Program-made: the position numbers and the translations under genes | Shown here: piece by piece, positions 26,335 through 39,495 of the stretch | How positions within the stretch are numbered: the stretch's first letter is position 1 | Layout: the number at the start of each line of letters is the position of its first letter | Notes under the pieces: generated by a model | What the model saw: only the letters and a program-made list of their open reading frames with translations | The model's database searches: none | Told to the model about the DNA's origin: nothing | Source: Parasitella parasitica NRRL 2501 | Taxonomy: Eukaryota > Fungi > Mucoromycota | Assembly (NCBI GenBank): GCA_025201805.1 | Contig: MU619252.1 | Span: 248,001 to 312,000 of the forward strand | Reading direction: 5' to 3' | DNA: 64,000 nucleotides

Positions 26335-28823
26335 ATGGTCCAAGTACAACATAAGCCTGGAGAAGCCTGCATCAAGCCTGAGTAAGTTAGCATTTTATAT
26401 GACTATTGAGAAGAAACATCAAACCAACAATATCTGACATAAATGAACCTTGATCAATTAAGGTACCGTAAGGATCGTTGGTTTGACGATGAACGAGCTG
26501 AACAAATAGCGGAAGCTCTCATCAATGACGATGCTGCAGAAAGTGGTCCTTCAGAAAATAAGAACGGCAAAAAGTCCAAGGTATAGATATTGTGTTTATT
26601 ACATGTACAGATTTTCTAAAATTGCTTTGAAGAATGTCCGTGGTGCCAACAAGGGTCAAAGAGGAAAGAAGAGGATTGAGGATAGCTTAAAGGTACGAAT
26701 GCTTGTATATTGAGTGAGTTGGAGTGGATCATTTGTACTGAAGGAGCTCTTTTTTTTTTTTTTTTTNNNNNNNNNNTTTTTTAGCTCTGTAAAGCTACTG
26801 CTCGTGGCGAGAAGTGTACCTTCAGCGAAGAGTATGTTTTGACTAAAATCGAAACTTTAGATTGATCCCTGATTTTGTGTCTTTTTCTTTCAGCAGATGT
26901 AAATTCACTCATAATTTGGAAGCTTACTTGAAAAGCAAAGGCGAAGACCTTGGGGATAGATGTGTTCAGTTTGATCTTTTTGGAAAGTAAGCTAAATTAA
27001 TGCATCCAGAGATTGATGTGAGTATTTATACTTTACTTTGTAGATGTCCGTATGGATACAAATGCCGCTTCCTTAAAGCACATGTTGATAAAGACAATAA
27101 TTTGGTTGTTGATGAAGCTAAAGTAGCCGAGAACCCTGTATTTACAGCCAATGGTATTAGCAGCGATGTACAGTTTAAGCTTAATAAGAGCAAAGTAAGA
27201 TGTAAACTATTTGATAACATTCTGCTTTTAAATTTTGCTTCTTTCACTAGTATGAATTTCCCAGATCTGAAAAATATATGATTGAAGTGCAAAAAGAAAT
27301 TCAAATTGAACAAGCCATGAAGGATACTAATGCCCTAAAGAGAAAGCAGTTGGAAGATCCTTCGTTGCTATCGGCACCATCCGATAAAAAACCTAAGGCA
27401 GAAGAAGACGAAAGCGAAAATGATGAATTTTTCGATGCTGCCAATGAGTTTACGAATGTATGCAAGGATTCTGTTGTACCTGCTGATAACAACGAAAAAC
27501 TCATTGGTCCTATTGACACTGGTTATAAAAAGGTGCGTAGAGCTATAGCTGAAAAGATAGAGCCGCCGTATTTATGCCTTCACAGATCATTGATTTTAGA
27601 AACAAAACTTACCTTGCTCCGCTGACAACAGTTGGTAATTTGCCTTTCCGTAGAGTTTGTAAGGAATTTGGAGTTGACATCACTTGTGGTGAGATGGCAT
27701 TAGCCGCTAATTTATTAAGAGGTCAGCAATCTGAATGGGCACTAACAAAGCGTCATAAATCTGAGGACATTTTTGGTATCCAAGTCTGTGGTTCCAAGGT
27801 TGACCAAGTTACAAAAGCTTGTGAAGTGCTTAACAAGGAAACTGACATTGATTTTATTGATTTGAATATGGGTTGTCCTATTGATCTTGTCTTTAAACAA
27901 GTAAGTTGGTATCATATTGGGCGATCTGTCGAAACTCAAAGTGATCTCATTAGGGTGCCGGTTCAGCTTTGTTAGAAGCTAGAGGCCGTATGTTCAAGAT
28001 TTTGAAGGGCATGAAGAGTGTCACCGATATTCCTATTACTGCAAAGTTTAGAATGGGTGTCAAGGATAACTATCCTGTTGCTGATCGTATCGTGCCTCGT
28101 CTTGACGAAATAGGTATTGCATTGGGCACTGTGAGTAATAAAAATGAAGTAAATAAATGTACAAATATTCAGTCTTTTAAATAGATTCATGGCCGCTCTC
28201 GTACTCAAAGATATACTCGAAAAGCTGATTGGGAATATATTGGCAAGATAAAGAACCTGACTCATGGTATGCCTTTGTATGGTAACGGTGACATTATGAG
28301 CTTTGAGGATTATAACCATGATATCCAAGTCAGTGGTGTTGATGGTGTCATGATTGGTCGAGGTGCTTTGATCAAGCCTTGGATTTTTGACGAAATCAAG
28401 AACCAACGCCACTGGGATATCTCCGCTAACGAGCGCCTTGACATGTTGAAGCGCTTTTGTAATTATGGTTTAGAACATTGGGGTACTGATAGCCAAGGTT
28501 TAAACACAACTAGGCGTTTCCTTTGCGAATGGCAATCATTCTTGTACAGATATATCCCTGTAGGTATCTTGGAGAATCCTCCTCAGAATATGAATGAAAG
28601 ACCTCCTCCTTATCAAGGCCGTAATGATCTCGAAACTTTGATGGCTAGCCCTCTAGCTTCAGATTGGGTCAAGATTAGCGAACTTCTATTAGGTCCGGCT
28701 CCTGATGATTTTGTCTTTTTGCCCAAACATAAAGCCAATTCATTCGAGAAGATTGAGGTATAAATTTTTTTGTATTATTTTAACACGTTTTTATTAATTT
28801 TTTTTTAAAAAATTCAGGGTTAG
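26335..28823 (+). CDS. DUS3: tRNA-dihydrouridine(47) synthase Dus3, multi-exon
   Basis: CCCH fingers ([15 protein letters not shown]; [13 protein letters not shown]), [15 protein letters not shown], catalytic [35 protein letters not shown]. Last intron is followed by GGTTAG. Confidence 0.95.
26767..26776. other. Assembly gap (10 N) inside a poly-T intron tract of DUS3
   Basis: Run of N flanked by T homopolymers. Confidence 0.98.
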
Positions 28824-28927
28824 GGTTAATCAGGGAAGAAAGGGCACAAATATATTATTATTTACATAATTCTAATTCTATATAAATTTATACATATTTC
28901 AATATTAAAAGAAAAAGGTGGAGACAG

Positions 28928-30821
28928 CTAACGATTATGGCAGCAAAATTCTACATCTACAATTTCTTTGGGTGAAGTGGATGTAAGGACATAAGGATCG
29001 TCTTTTCCAACAACAACGTTATCTTCGATACGAATGCCAATACCTTGATATTTACTAGGAAATTTATCATCGAAAGGGACGTAAATACCTGGCTCAATTG
29101 TAACGACCATGTTATTTTTCAGTTTGCGCGACCTGTCTAAATCATGCAAATCATGCACATCAAGACCCAAGTAATGACCAACATGATGAGGGTAGAGTAT
29201 GCGCTCAAGATCCCACGAATTGACGTTAAACCCAATATTCTGCAGTTCTTGTTTCATGAGCTTAACTGACTGTGCGTGTATACCATGTAAAGAAATGCTG
29301 TTTGATTCTGTACACATTTTGATACAAGCCTTATTAACATTCAACACTGCTTGATATAATTCCCGTTGAGCGTCGTTGAACTTCCCATTTACAGGCCATG
29401 TGCGCGTAATATCGCTAGCATATCCGTTGTATTCTCCACCGCAATCTACTAGAACCAAATCTCCGTTCCTGTACGCCCCTATTAATAAGCGAAAATACAC
29501 TCTACGATCCAGAGTTCAACCTACTTGAGTTCCATGTCATTTCGCACATAGTGCATTGACAAAGCGTTAGGGCCACCAGCAACCACAGGCACGTAAGCCA
29601 AAATAGTCGATCCTCGCATTCTGGTCTCGTAATCAAACTTTGCCCACAATTGACCTTCCGTCACGCCAGGTTCCGTCCATTTCATTGCCTCAATGAATGC
29701 CTTTGAGCTAATCATACCTGATTTCTTCATAATTTCAATTTCGCTGGGGCTTTTAATCATTCGCAGTTCTTGAATGGTTTTGCTAAGAGGCAGAATAGTC
29801 TGCAATTTCAAGCCTATATGGCGATATATGTCAATTATTTCTCACACTCTTACTTCAAATTCCAAGACGCTAGTGAAAAATTGTCCCGAAACAACACACA
29901 CCCTTTAAAGATATCACCAAGCGTCTATTAACCCAGGAAGCTGGTCTAAGAAAAGAATTCAACGTACCTGTTTCAATCAGCTTCTTGGTGCTGTCAGCAG
30001 ATATAAGAGAAGGCATGGAGCCAGGGCTATCCATGAAAATATGTTTGGACGAGCTCAACACCTTTTTGAAGTACGAGGAGAATCGAGTACTGTCATAAGC
30101 TTCATCCGCTCCAAAAAATTCCTTTACTCCTTCAACGCCTGTACGAGGTCCATCCCATAATTCCGCGCTGGCATTTTTGGGCAAAACAAACATGGTTTGC
30201 TTATAACCACGCTCTGAATCATCCTTTTCTATATAGTGGTTTAATATGAAGCAAATCCCCTCCCCTTTGTGAGTCAATTACCTAAAATCATGGCTGCATC
30301 TGGTTCATTGAATCCGCACAGATACCAAAAGTCAGTACTCTGATGAAATGGATAAAAGATGTTGTTGGTCATGTACCGAGTGCTGTATCCCACGCTAACA
30401 ACAGTACTGTGTTCAGGTAACGATCTCATGAGATTGAGGCGTCTAGTTTCAAATTCATTAGCTGATAAACCGGGTGTCACTAAGAGCAATGAATGTATGA
30501 GCAAAAGCTTCCAGCCGTCTCATGCGTCGAATGATCTAACCTTCCCCCTTTTTCATGATATTCGGATGAGTGATAGGCGTAGGCTGGCCAAAGGATCGGA
30601 CATGAGTCTCGGGAACACGGTCTGAGGTGGTGAAAAACCTTGGACGAGCACCAAGTGAAATAGCCAGTCGATAAGTTGATCGTTTGGTTTGAAAAGCAGC
30701 TCTCTGCGCAACTAGTTTGTATATGTTTATGTGTGTATTCAGTAATCGTATTGCTGGTAGCCTTTTCTCAGTTAAACAAACCTGCAACTGTAGATAATTT
30801 GAGCAAGCGAGAGCGCAACAT
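28928..30821 (-). CDS. ICP55: Mitochondrial Xaa-Pro aminopeptidase (Icp55/XPNPEP3)
   Basis: Presequence MLRSRLLKLSTV, FGQPTPITHP, YPFHQSTDFWYLCGF, LWDGPR, and metal ligands in VDCGGEYNGYASDITR, HHVGHYLGLDVHD, TIEPG, RIEDN. Confidence 0.93.
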
Positions 30822-31340
30822 TTTATTTTGTTGAAGAAAAGGGATTAAAATGCGGGGGATCCGTTGACATTTTATTTTAGTTCTGTATTATTTGGATTTC
30901 AATCGACATCACGTGGAAGGCACTTTGCCTGAATGCCTCATAATGCGAAACTACTTGTAAAGAAAACGAATTTACATGGACAGGCAGGTATCTTTTCATG
31001 TCTCTTGAATATATAAACGTACAAAAGGTACTTTTTTTCTCCTCAGACTAATTAGGAACTTTAGACCAAAGGCATCAATAGTAGATTCTGAGTCTCCTTC
31101 AGTATTATACCCGGTATTTCAACATCAAGTTGATTGCGAGGCTTGTATGATCACATGTAAAACCAGACAAACTTTATCATGAATTGCACACACGTTGAAA
31201 TTTTGGACCTGGTCCAATTTCGCAGAATAAAATAAGCCTGGTACTCGCAAGTAAATTGCGTATTCCAAAAGCTTTAAAAACCAGAGATATTTTTGGGGAT
31301 GTCTGCTTTACCTTTTTCTTCTTATCTATAAATTATTAAT

Positions 31341-31806
31341 ATGTCTGAAACCTTTGAAACTTCTAAGGTCGGTACAATAAAAGATTAAGCATGTTGTATG
31401 TAGTAAGATGCTCATTCTTTGATATTTTTTGTAGGCATTCAAGGAAGCTAGCGAAGAAGTTAAAAATTTGGCGAAGAAGCCAACTGATGACGATCTTTTG
31501 AAACTCTACGCTCTCTTCAAGCAGACTACAGTGGGTGATATCAATACTAGTAAGTAACAAAATATCTATTGCATTGTACAAGCGTCTTTAATATCTTTCA
31601 AATTATAGATAAACCTGGTATATTTGATATGAAGGGTCGATATAAATGGGATGCTTGGAATGAACTCAAAGGTAGGATATTAATCACGACAAGGTAGTTA
31701 GGGTGGGAAGTATTTACACGCGCTTTTTTAAATTCCAGGAAAATCTCAAGAAGATGCTCAAACGGAGTACATTGGTTTGGTTAAAAAACTCCAAGGTGAT
31801 TCATAA
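31341..31806 (+). CDS. ACB1: Acyl-CoA-binding protein (absent from the ORF track, 4 exons)
   Basis: Spliced [89 protein letters not shown], the canonical ACBP signature. Confidence 0.95.
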
Positions 31807-32664
31807 ATACTACCTTCTAAACTTATCTGTCTAAATAAACAAGATTTTGTAAATGGTTATTGTTGACTCGATACGGTAATAATACTTTTGTCCCTTGACT
31901 TGATTATTTTTCAAATGTTTGTGAGCGTTTGTGTGATCAAGAAAGATGTGTTACATGCTCCTGTTGTGAGCATGGACTTTTGTATTTCAAGTTCTCCATG
32001 CTTACAAAAATCCACTTTATTTTATCAAAGCGCATTAATTCTTGGTTTATGTTAGTGCCTTGTTTATGACAAGATGTACAGATGAAATTAATTGATCTTT
32101 GCTTGGACAGCACTCATTCGTTTAGAGGACTATGTCTCTTTAAGCATGCGTAATTTTTTTTCGAAAATAACACAATTCGTTTATAATTGTAGTAGCATCA
32201 CGGAAGCGGCATTGAAGAGAAAGCCTGCTGTTTACTCAATATATGTCACTAGTAAAAACCAACATTATTCTAATGCCCTGATGCAATAATAGTTTTATCG
32301 AATTCGATAATTTATAAAGTAACCCGCTTAACTGTGAAAATAAACCAGCTCTTGAACATGTAATGCACATTATATCCCTGACATTGATTATGTGGCCATC
32401 TAATGCCTAATGCTAAATTTAGGTGGCAAACACATTTCGGTGGCTCTGAATTAGCATAATTTTCAACTTTAATGCTCTCAGATAGGGAGCATGGATACGC
32501 GAGATCAAGTACAATTCCAGTGGAATACATGTTATTAATGTCTAAACGCCCCTGGGTCAGATTACATTGAAGACCATCGGTTTCTGAGTATCCTACAACT
32601 ATCAGTTGCTCATTGGATTTTACAGTCGTTCCAGAAAGTAAAAGTCGCTGGTTCTTAAAAAAAG

Positions 32665-33105
32665 GCGTTGTTTCATGCCCCCAAAATTTAACCATGTGGC
32701 ACCATGTTCAACGTGAACACCTGGCGGATCTTTCGGCCCCTTTCACTTCTCTCGACCTCCATCTAATCTCAGCGCCTTCTGCCTACACGCCACTTTCGAT
32801 CGTCCAGCTCTACTCGTCATTGCCGCCACATCAAAAGCCATTTGGATTTCTCACTAGTCTTTTAGCTTTAATGATATCCCTCTCACCTTTGACACCGTCC
32901 TCTTTCTTGTCGATCAAAAAAATCAGCAAAGCTCAGCAGGAGGCATACATCTCTGCAGGAATCCCGCCCTCGCTGCCTCCGTTCTTTATGTTGGATCCAA
33001 AAATTCAACATTGTTTCTTCCTCTATTCTCTACCCAGATTTAACTCTGCTTACCACCTAACCTATTACACAATATTCAACCTCTTCTCACAAAAAAACAA
33101 AAAAC
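32665..33105 (+). mobile_element. 5'-truncated LINE 3' end with A-rich tail
   Basis: VVSCPQNLTMW followed, after a frameshift, by AIWISH*SFSFNDIPL (the AIWxxHWxFxFD end of L1-like ORF2). C-rich composition, ends in AAAAAAACAAAAAA, begins just after TTCTTAAAAAAA. Confidence 0.65.
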
Positions 33106-34069
33106 AATGCATAGCCAAAGCTCAAAAACATATTTGTAACCTATACAGCAAATTTCATCAAAAAGTATTTGGATGTTAAAATGAGGGACTAGTGTTTTCA
33201 AGTTACTGTATTACACGACTAGTAATTGGTCTATCTGATGCAAGCTTGTCAATCCTTCATCCCTTGATCATGTACCCGATATCCGCGCTCAAACATATAA
33301 ATAGTCTAGGCAAATATTGTGTATAAAAAAAACATCTTAGTTTTTATTATACGAATAAATATATCCAGTTTTAATTGTATATCTATTTCGTATACCTATG
33401 CTATGAGCATCAACCTCACACCCAAGCTTTCTCTTTATATTCGTTTTGGAGCTCGCAAACTAACATTGACTAAGCAGGTGGCAGATATGGCACATCAAAT
33501 GAATGTTGTTTATGATCTATTCACAGGCACTATAACTATAGCAGGAGTTCCCTTCCTTGACCAAGCCATACCCCGTTTCAAATTATTGTGAAAGGCTGAT
33601 TTAGTGAAATTTAGATTAATTTGCTGCCACTTTTGAACCCGATCGTATCATTGCTCTCTGTAAAATCATTCGACAGGCTAAAATTGTGTTTGCTCAATAG
33701 ATAGATTACATTCAGTGCTGCGAGAAATATTAAGATCTACAAAGTTTTTGCATTAAACTTTCTACCACTTTTATTAAACTTGATTAAACAGCAAAAGGAT
33801 TTTCATCAATTTAATTTAAAAAAAAATTGCTTATATTCCTCTCCAAGAATACGACGTTGCCCTGATTTTATCTTTTTCTCAAAAATGCTTTCAGGAACTT
33901 TATAATAGCGCTTGACCCATCTCTGGGCTGCACGAATATGAATGCCTGATCGAGTCGTAGCGGCCAAAACACTAATGCTTTGATTAAAAGAATTTAGTTT
34001 TTTTGTGATTTGGGTAAAATGTATAACGTCGCTTATTTAATAGCTCCATATAAACATCAACACGATTCC

Positions 34070-34325
34070 TTTCATCTCCAACTGGATGCAACATAGGGTT
34101 AGGAGGTCTCTCTGGAGGTTTATTTTGAAAAAAAATTGGTGCGAGAACTTGTTGTTTCTATGGCAAAAAGCTCCTCATCAACTGCAAGATTCATCGGCTC
34201 AACTCCATGTTCATCAACAACACGTCCTTGCCCATCCTCATAAAAAAATAGCGTATTGAATGTTACTTTCTGGAATGGCTATATTTTGTACGTCATTTGA
34301 AGAATGGTTGCTTGTGACTATACAA
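34070..34325 (-). mobile_element. 5' remnant of a Tc1/IS630-like DNA transposon
   Basis: Minus-strand FFYEDGQGRVVDEHGVEPMNLAVDEELFAIETTSSRT..NKPPERPP resembles the N-terminus of Mucorales Tc1-like transposases. Upstream TA-TAGTCACAAGC is one change from a TA-CAGT terminus. Confidence 0.55.
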
Positions 34326-34415
34326 AAGTATGTATATCATGATATTTTGTTAATGATTGTTCCCCTTTCTTCCTTTTTTCACTTTTTTTGATATCCATAC
34401 TACAACCTATTTGAA

Positions 34416-36710
34416 ATGAAACAAGCAGAGACAGCAAAAGGAGATAAAGGAGACAACGATTTTTTAGAGGAGTTTGATGAAAAGACAAAGATATCCTCCA
34501 AAATTGAAGATGAAGATGATGATACACTTGAGAACGAGAAAGACGAAGAGTATCAAGAAAAAAGGTAAACATTTCTTGGGCGTTTCTGTATTTTTATATT
34601 TATTTTATGTAGTAATTTAAAAGAAGAAATTCCTCCTGTATCAACACCTATCAATACGGAAGAAATGGATCACATCTTCAATCAATTTAATAGTAAGCAT
34701 TTTACTAATTAGAGCGAGCACAAAAACATTTATGCGCGGCTATTCAATTTAGAAGAGACATCAACTACTTCCACATCAACTACCGCAGAAGTGAAACGCC
34801 CATCGATGAATTCGAATGAAATGCAAATAGTGCCTGATACCCCTCATCAACAGGAAATACCCTTTGATTTTAATCGATTTTTAGAGCAAATGAGAAGTCG
34901 CAATTCAAAGCCAATTACTCGGTATTTCAAGAGGTAGGTATCGATGTTAGATAAGCGAGTATCAATTTACAATAAAAAATCAGTTTTTTACAGGCATTCG
35001 ACCGTAGACCATGGACAGTGAACGAACAGATCAAAATCATCCAAGATTTTCTTGACGTAAGCGCCCCTTTATAGCAATTCAAAATTGTTTATGATATTAA
35101 CAAGAGATGATTTTAGTTTATTTTTATTAAAATGAAAGAATGCGATGTTTGGAGAGACATGTCTGAACAGGAATTTGGAAATGCCAAAGAAGGCATGGAG
35201 AAATTAGTCATGAATCGATTATACCATGTGTTAGTTGATAATTTGCATAAAACAACATCAAAAACCAACATTTTAAATTAGAACATTCTGCCCAAATACA
35301 ACAGACGATAAAGAAAGAGACGAGATACTGTACCAAAAGATTAGTATTTTTCGTTGGATCCGAGAAAAACATCTGGATATACCGGAAACCGAGCATAATG
35401 AATCATTTTTATCGTTTGCTGAATCAGGTACTTTTTTTTAAAAAAAAAAAAAAAGTACAATATTAATATCTTATATGTGTAGAAATATTAAAAATCAACA
35501 ATTACAAGGCGCCAAGAGATAAGCTTATTTGTATTCTTAATTGCTGCAAGGTCATCTTTGGTATGTGTGTTTGTTATCAGATCAGATCTTACTGCATGAA
35601 TATCTGAGTTAATTTTGGTTTAGGATTAATCAAGCATGTAGAGGGAGATGCTGGTGCAGATAAATTCTTGCCGATTTTGATCTATGTAGTTATCAGAGCC
35701 AATCCCCCAAAATTAGTGTCAAATGTTCAGTATGTAGCCCACGAGTTTACGATGAGTTTTTTTTGACGCAATTTGCATTTAGGTACATCTATCGATTTAG
35801 GAACCCAGAGCAGTTGCAAGCTGAAGCAGGATATTACTTGACCAATTTGGTATGTATACCAACAAGCTAATTTGCTAATCTAACTGACCAAAATTTTTGA
35901 AATAGATGGGTGCTATATCATTTATTGAAACTATGGAAGCAAAATCACTTTCGATCACAAAAGAAGAGTTTGACAGCAACATTGAAAGCACAATGACCGA
36001 ACTACAACATGAACGTCCTACTGTTTCCATAGATAAGCAACAAATTAATTATGAAAATGCTTTGCATCCTTCACGCTCATCATCCGCAAGACCCCAAGCT
36101 CAGCCATTATTAGACCCTGCCAAAGCTGCTGCCTTGTTGGAACGAGGCAGCCAATTTGCACAAAAAACCATGCAGAGACCAATCAGTTTTGTGGGGAAAA
36201 TTTTCCAAGGATTAAGTGATACATCTGCCAACAGTAGTATAGCTGAAAGTCCAGATGAAGAAGAACGTTATTATCAGCAGCAGCAGCAGCAATATTACTA
36301 TCAGCAGCAACAGCACTTTGACCAACAGTATCAATACCGACAGCCTCCTCTTCCTCCTAGACCACATCCAGATCAAATTCTGATGCAGCAGAGACAGCAG
36401 TTTGACGCAAATTTGGAAACATTGAACAATATGTTTACAAATGTAGACAATGGTGTTTGCTACCTTATACTGCATACTAATGGAGGTGATCTAGCCAAAT
36501 CAATTGACAAGTAAGTCATTTTGTGGGTAATTTGCAGAGTAAATCTTTATAATTCTAATCAAAAAACGTAGTTTGTTGGACATATCTGGGGGTGATCAAG
36601 GTTCCACTGCAACAAGCGATACACAACACACAACGCAGAGTACACCAACAGAAACTTTTGCTAATATCCAACCAACACCAACTGGTGTACCTTCAAACGA
36701 TACACATTAA
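34416..36710 (+). CDS. VPS9: Vps9-domain Rab5/Vps21 GEF with C-terminal CUE-like domain, many exons
   Basis: FDFNRFLEQMR, EGMEKLVMNRLY, KINNYKAPRDKLICILNCCKVIF, GADKFLPILIYVVIRANPP, EAGYYLTNL/MGAISFIE, and CUE-like LETLNNMFTNVD..ILHTNGGDLAKSID. Confidence 0.93.
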
Positions 36711-37789
36711 ACTCAAATCTGGTATCGCATCATATAATTACTTGTCCTCTTTCTTCATAAATATAGTTGATTGTGTGTAGAATAAACTATATTTCTTAGC
36801 AGCAGCAGCTATTTTATGTCATGGTAAGGCTACCGACTTTATGCATATGTTTTCAAATTCTACATATTGTTATAAAGTAAACCACCTGCAAATTTATACC
36901 CACTGTGACGAGTGACATGAGACATTTTTTTAAAAAAAAAAAAGATTATTATGCTTCGCCTTACTATACTTTCATTTTGCAGTTTCTGAAAAAAAAGTTC
37001 GAGTAAATGATAAAGGTCATGGTGGTTGTGATGATATATGTATTAGGGTTTCTGATAAAAAAACCTTTTATTTCTGATTGAAGCTAAGAAGTTTCTGAGA
37101 GAAGAGAAGTGTCTCCCTAAAAGATTTTAAGAGTAATTGCTTTAATTTGTTTCATTCGTAGTGAAAATATTAAGAGGACGTGTTTTAAAATAAGCTATCT
37201 GCATCATATCTTTAAGTTCAAAGTAGTCTTTAAAAAAGATTACGGTCGCCTATTGACAAACATCTGTGATTTTTGGTGTAAGTATATCTGTTGATTTTGG
37301 ATCTAAAACCTTTGAATGGATTCAGGAACAGACAGCAAGGCAAATTATGTTCTAGGAATTTCATAAATTTCTACACAGATAATTTTTTATGAATGGGTGT
37401 GTTATTCTGGTGACAGATTATTTCCTATTCTCTGTCACTTTCTTATATTTTCGGTTGATCTGGCGTCTTCTAGTGTAGAAGATCTTATCGGACAAGTACC
37501 AAGCCGGGTTCTCTATATCCAGTTGCACAGTAGAACAGCTAGTCAAACCTGTGCCATCTTCTCCATAATATTGGAATGCTTCAAAAGTTTGTGTCTTTGT
37601 AAAGCCAGTTTAGATTTTAGGCGCCTGGTTTTTTTTTTTTTTTGTCTACGCGAACTTTAGTGTGCCATTGTCAGAAAAAGACAAAAACTGTAAGAAAACA
37701 ATTTTTAGCGATCTCAAACAAAAAAAAAAGTAATTCAAAGTACTGTATTAAACTATAAGGCATTTTTTGATTACATATTTGCATAGCTT

Positions 37790-38275
37790 AGACCAAGTTT
37801 TTGTACTTTTTAAGTTCACATCACATAAACGTAGCGACTTTCCTGACTTTTTTCGGAAAAGTATTTTTCAAAATCGGAGCGTGCGATCCTCAGACCAGGT
37901 ACAAACATGAAAGTACTACCATTAGAAAGCCAAAAAGCACAGCATTTTATAAACTAAATTTCAATTGCTTTTCTTTCGAATTAGTTAAGCTATGGCTTCT
38001 CAAAGCTAATGCTTTCTTCAAAAAAGCACCATGTTTTGCGGAGATTAAAAGCTTCCAAAATCAGGAAGAAAGAATTCTTTCAAAAACTCCATTTGGACAA
38101 TTCAAAACAAAATTACTCCTTTGAGGCAAGATATCATCTTCCGATACTATGCATACCACGGCTGTCAGTCTATGATAATAGCTGTATTTTTGGGCGCTCT
38201 ACACGATGGTATCATTTCATAGTTCCCGTATGCTTATGGAAGGAGTTCTACCTAAAAACCTCAAAAACAGATTAA
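37790..38275. repeat. Degenerate foldback/MITE-like element with long imperfect inverted arms
   Basis: 37907-37955 (ATGAAAGTACTACCATTAGAAAGCCAAAAAGCACAGCATTTTATAAACT) aligns with the reverse complement of 38167-38220 (ATGAAATGATACCATCGTGTAGAGCGCCCAAAAATACAGCTATTATCATAGACT). The outer arms share GTTTTTG-nnn-TTTTTA. Confidence 0.5.
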
Positions 38276-39495
38276 GAGAAAAAAATCAACATTTCGCTTA
38301 ATCAAAGCGCATTGCCAGTCTTTCAGATCATGGAATGGTCTCTAACGATCATTTTCCTCCAATATATGTCATAGTAAAAAATTGTATTTTTAAGGTCAAA
38401 ATCGAGGATAATGCATAATCGACGATTTTGGATGTGTGGATACAAGGAAAAAATCCAAAAAATCCGTCATTTTGCATCGAAAAAAAAATCATGCTCAAAT
38501 TGCACCAAAATCATCTATAATATAGTTCTTTCCCAATGGATATTATTTCTGGCGTTTTTAAAGCACTTTTGATTATTAAAATCAATCAAAAAATAGCATA
38601 AGAAGCTAAAAAATTTACTTTTAAGCTGTAAAAAACATCTATCTGGAGATGGTATCACGTCAATATCAATTCTAGTACATGGCAAAGTCCTATAAAGTAA
38701 GTATTGTTGATACCACAAAAATACTTTTTTTAAGATACTATAATCAAACAGATGTGGCCGATTGAGTTTTAGGCAGAAGATAATAATTAATGAATACAAT
38801 ATTTTGCTGTAATGACCCCTTGTGATTCGTGAATAATTCATATCTTGCTAATTGCTAGTGACAAAGAAATCCTATTACCATTTTTACTTATAATAATGCC
38901 TAATGTCAGTCCAAGAGTCCCTTTTTTTTGTGATTTTAATGCTAAACATGTAAAATAGAAAGTAGAGTAGAGGTTAGGATTGAATTTGAGATTAATTTTA
39001 CTATCAAAAGTTAAGCTTCGTAATAAGCTTCTGGTAGATTCTAGTTTTCAGGCACTGTACTGTAAAGTATCTCGCTATACCAAACACATTTTTGTTATAC
39101 AGTAACCAGTTCCGACAGTATATTCTTTCCTTGATATTGGATACGCCGACTTAACTCAACAGATGTAACGTAAAATGATAATGCGAAGTTGCAAAAATAG
39201 GGATTGCCATTTACTGAATCTGCTATGATTTTTCATTGCGTAAATTCATATTTTGACAGATGCGTATAAATTAAAGCTTTATTAGTATATGCAATTTAAT
39301 TTTTTGATTCTTTGATATTTTAATGGTTTTGTGCTCTAACCATTTTTTAGTTTAAATACCTATGCCGTTCTATAGACTTGTCTAAATGTTTGGTTTGTTT
39401 AGATGTTCAATATCTAAAAGAAATATCTGAAATAATTTATGAAATTTGAAATTCAAACAATTTTGTATTGTGGCTCGTTAGGTGATTGTTCAGTT

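Noticed and set aside
28817-28834. GGGTTAGGGTTA telomere-like sequence
   Set aside because: Only two units, and it coincides with the DUS3 splice acceptor and stop codon.
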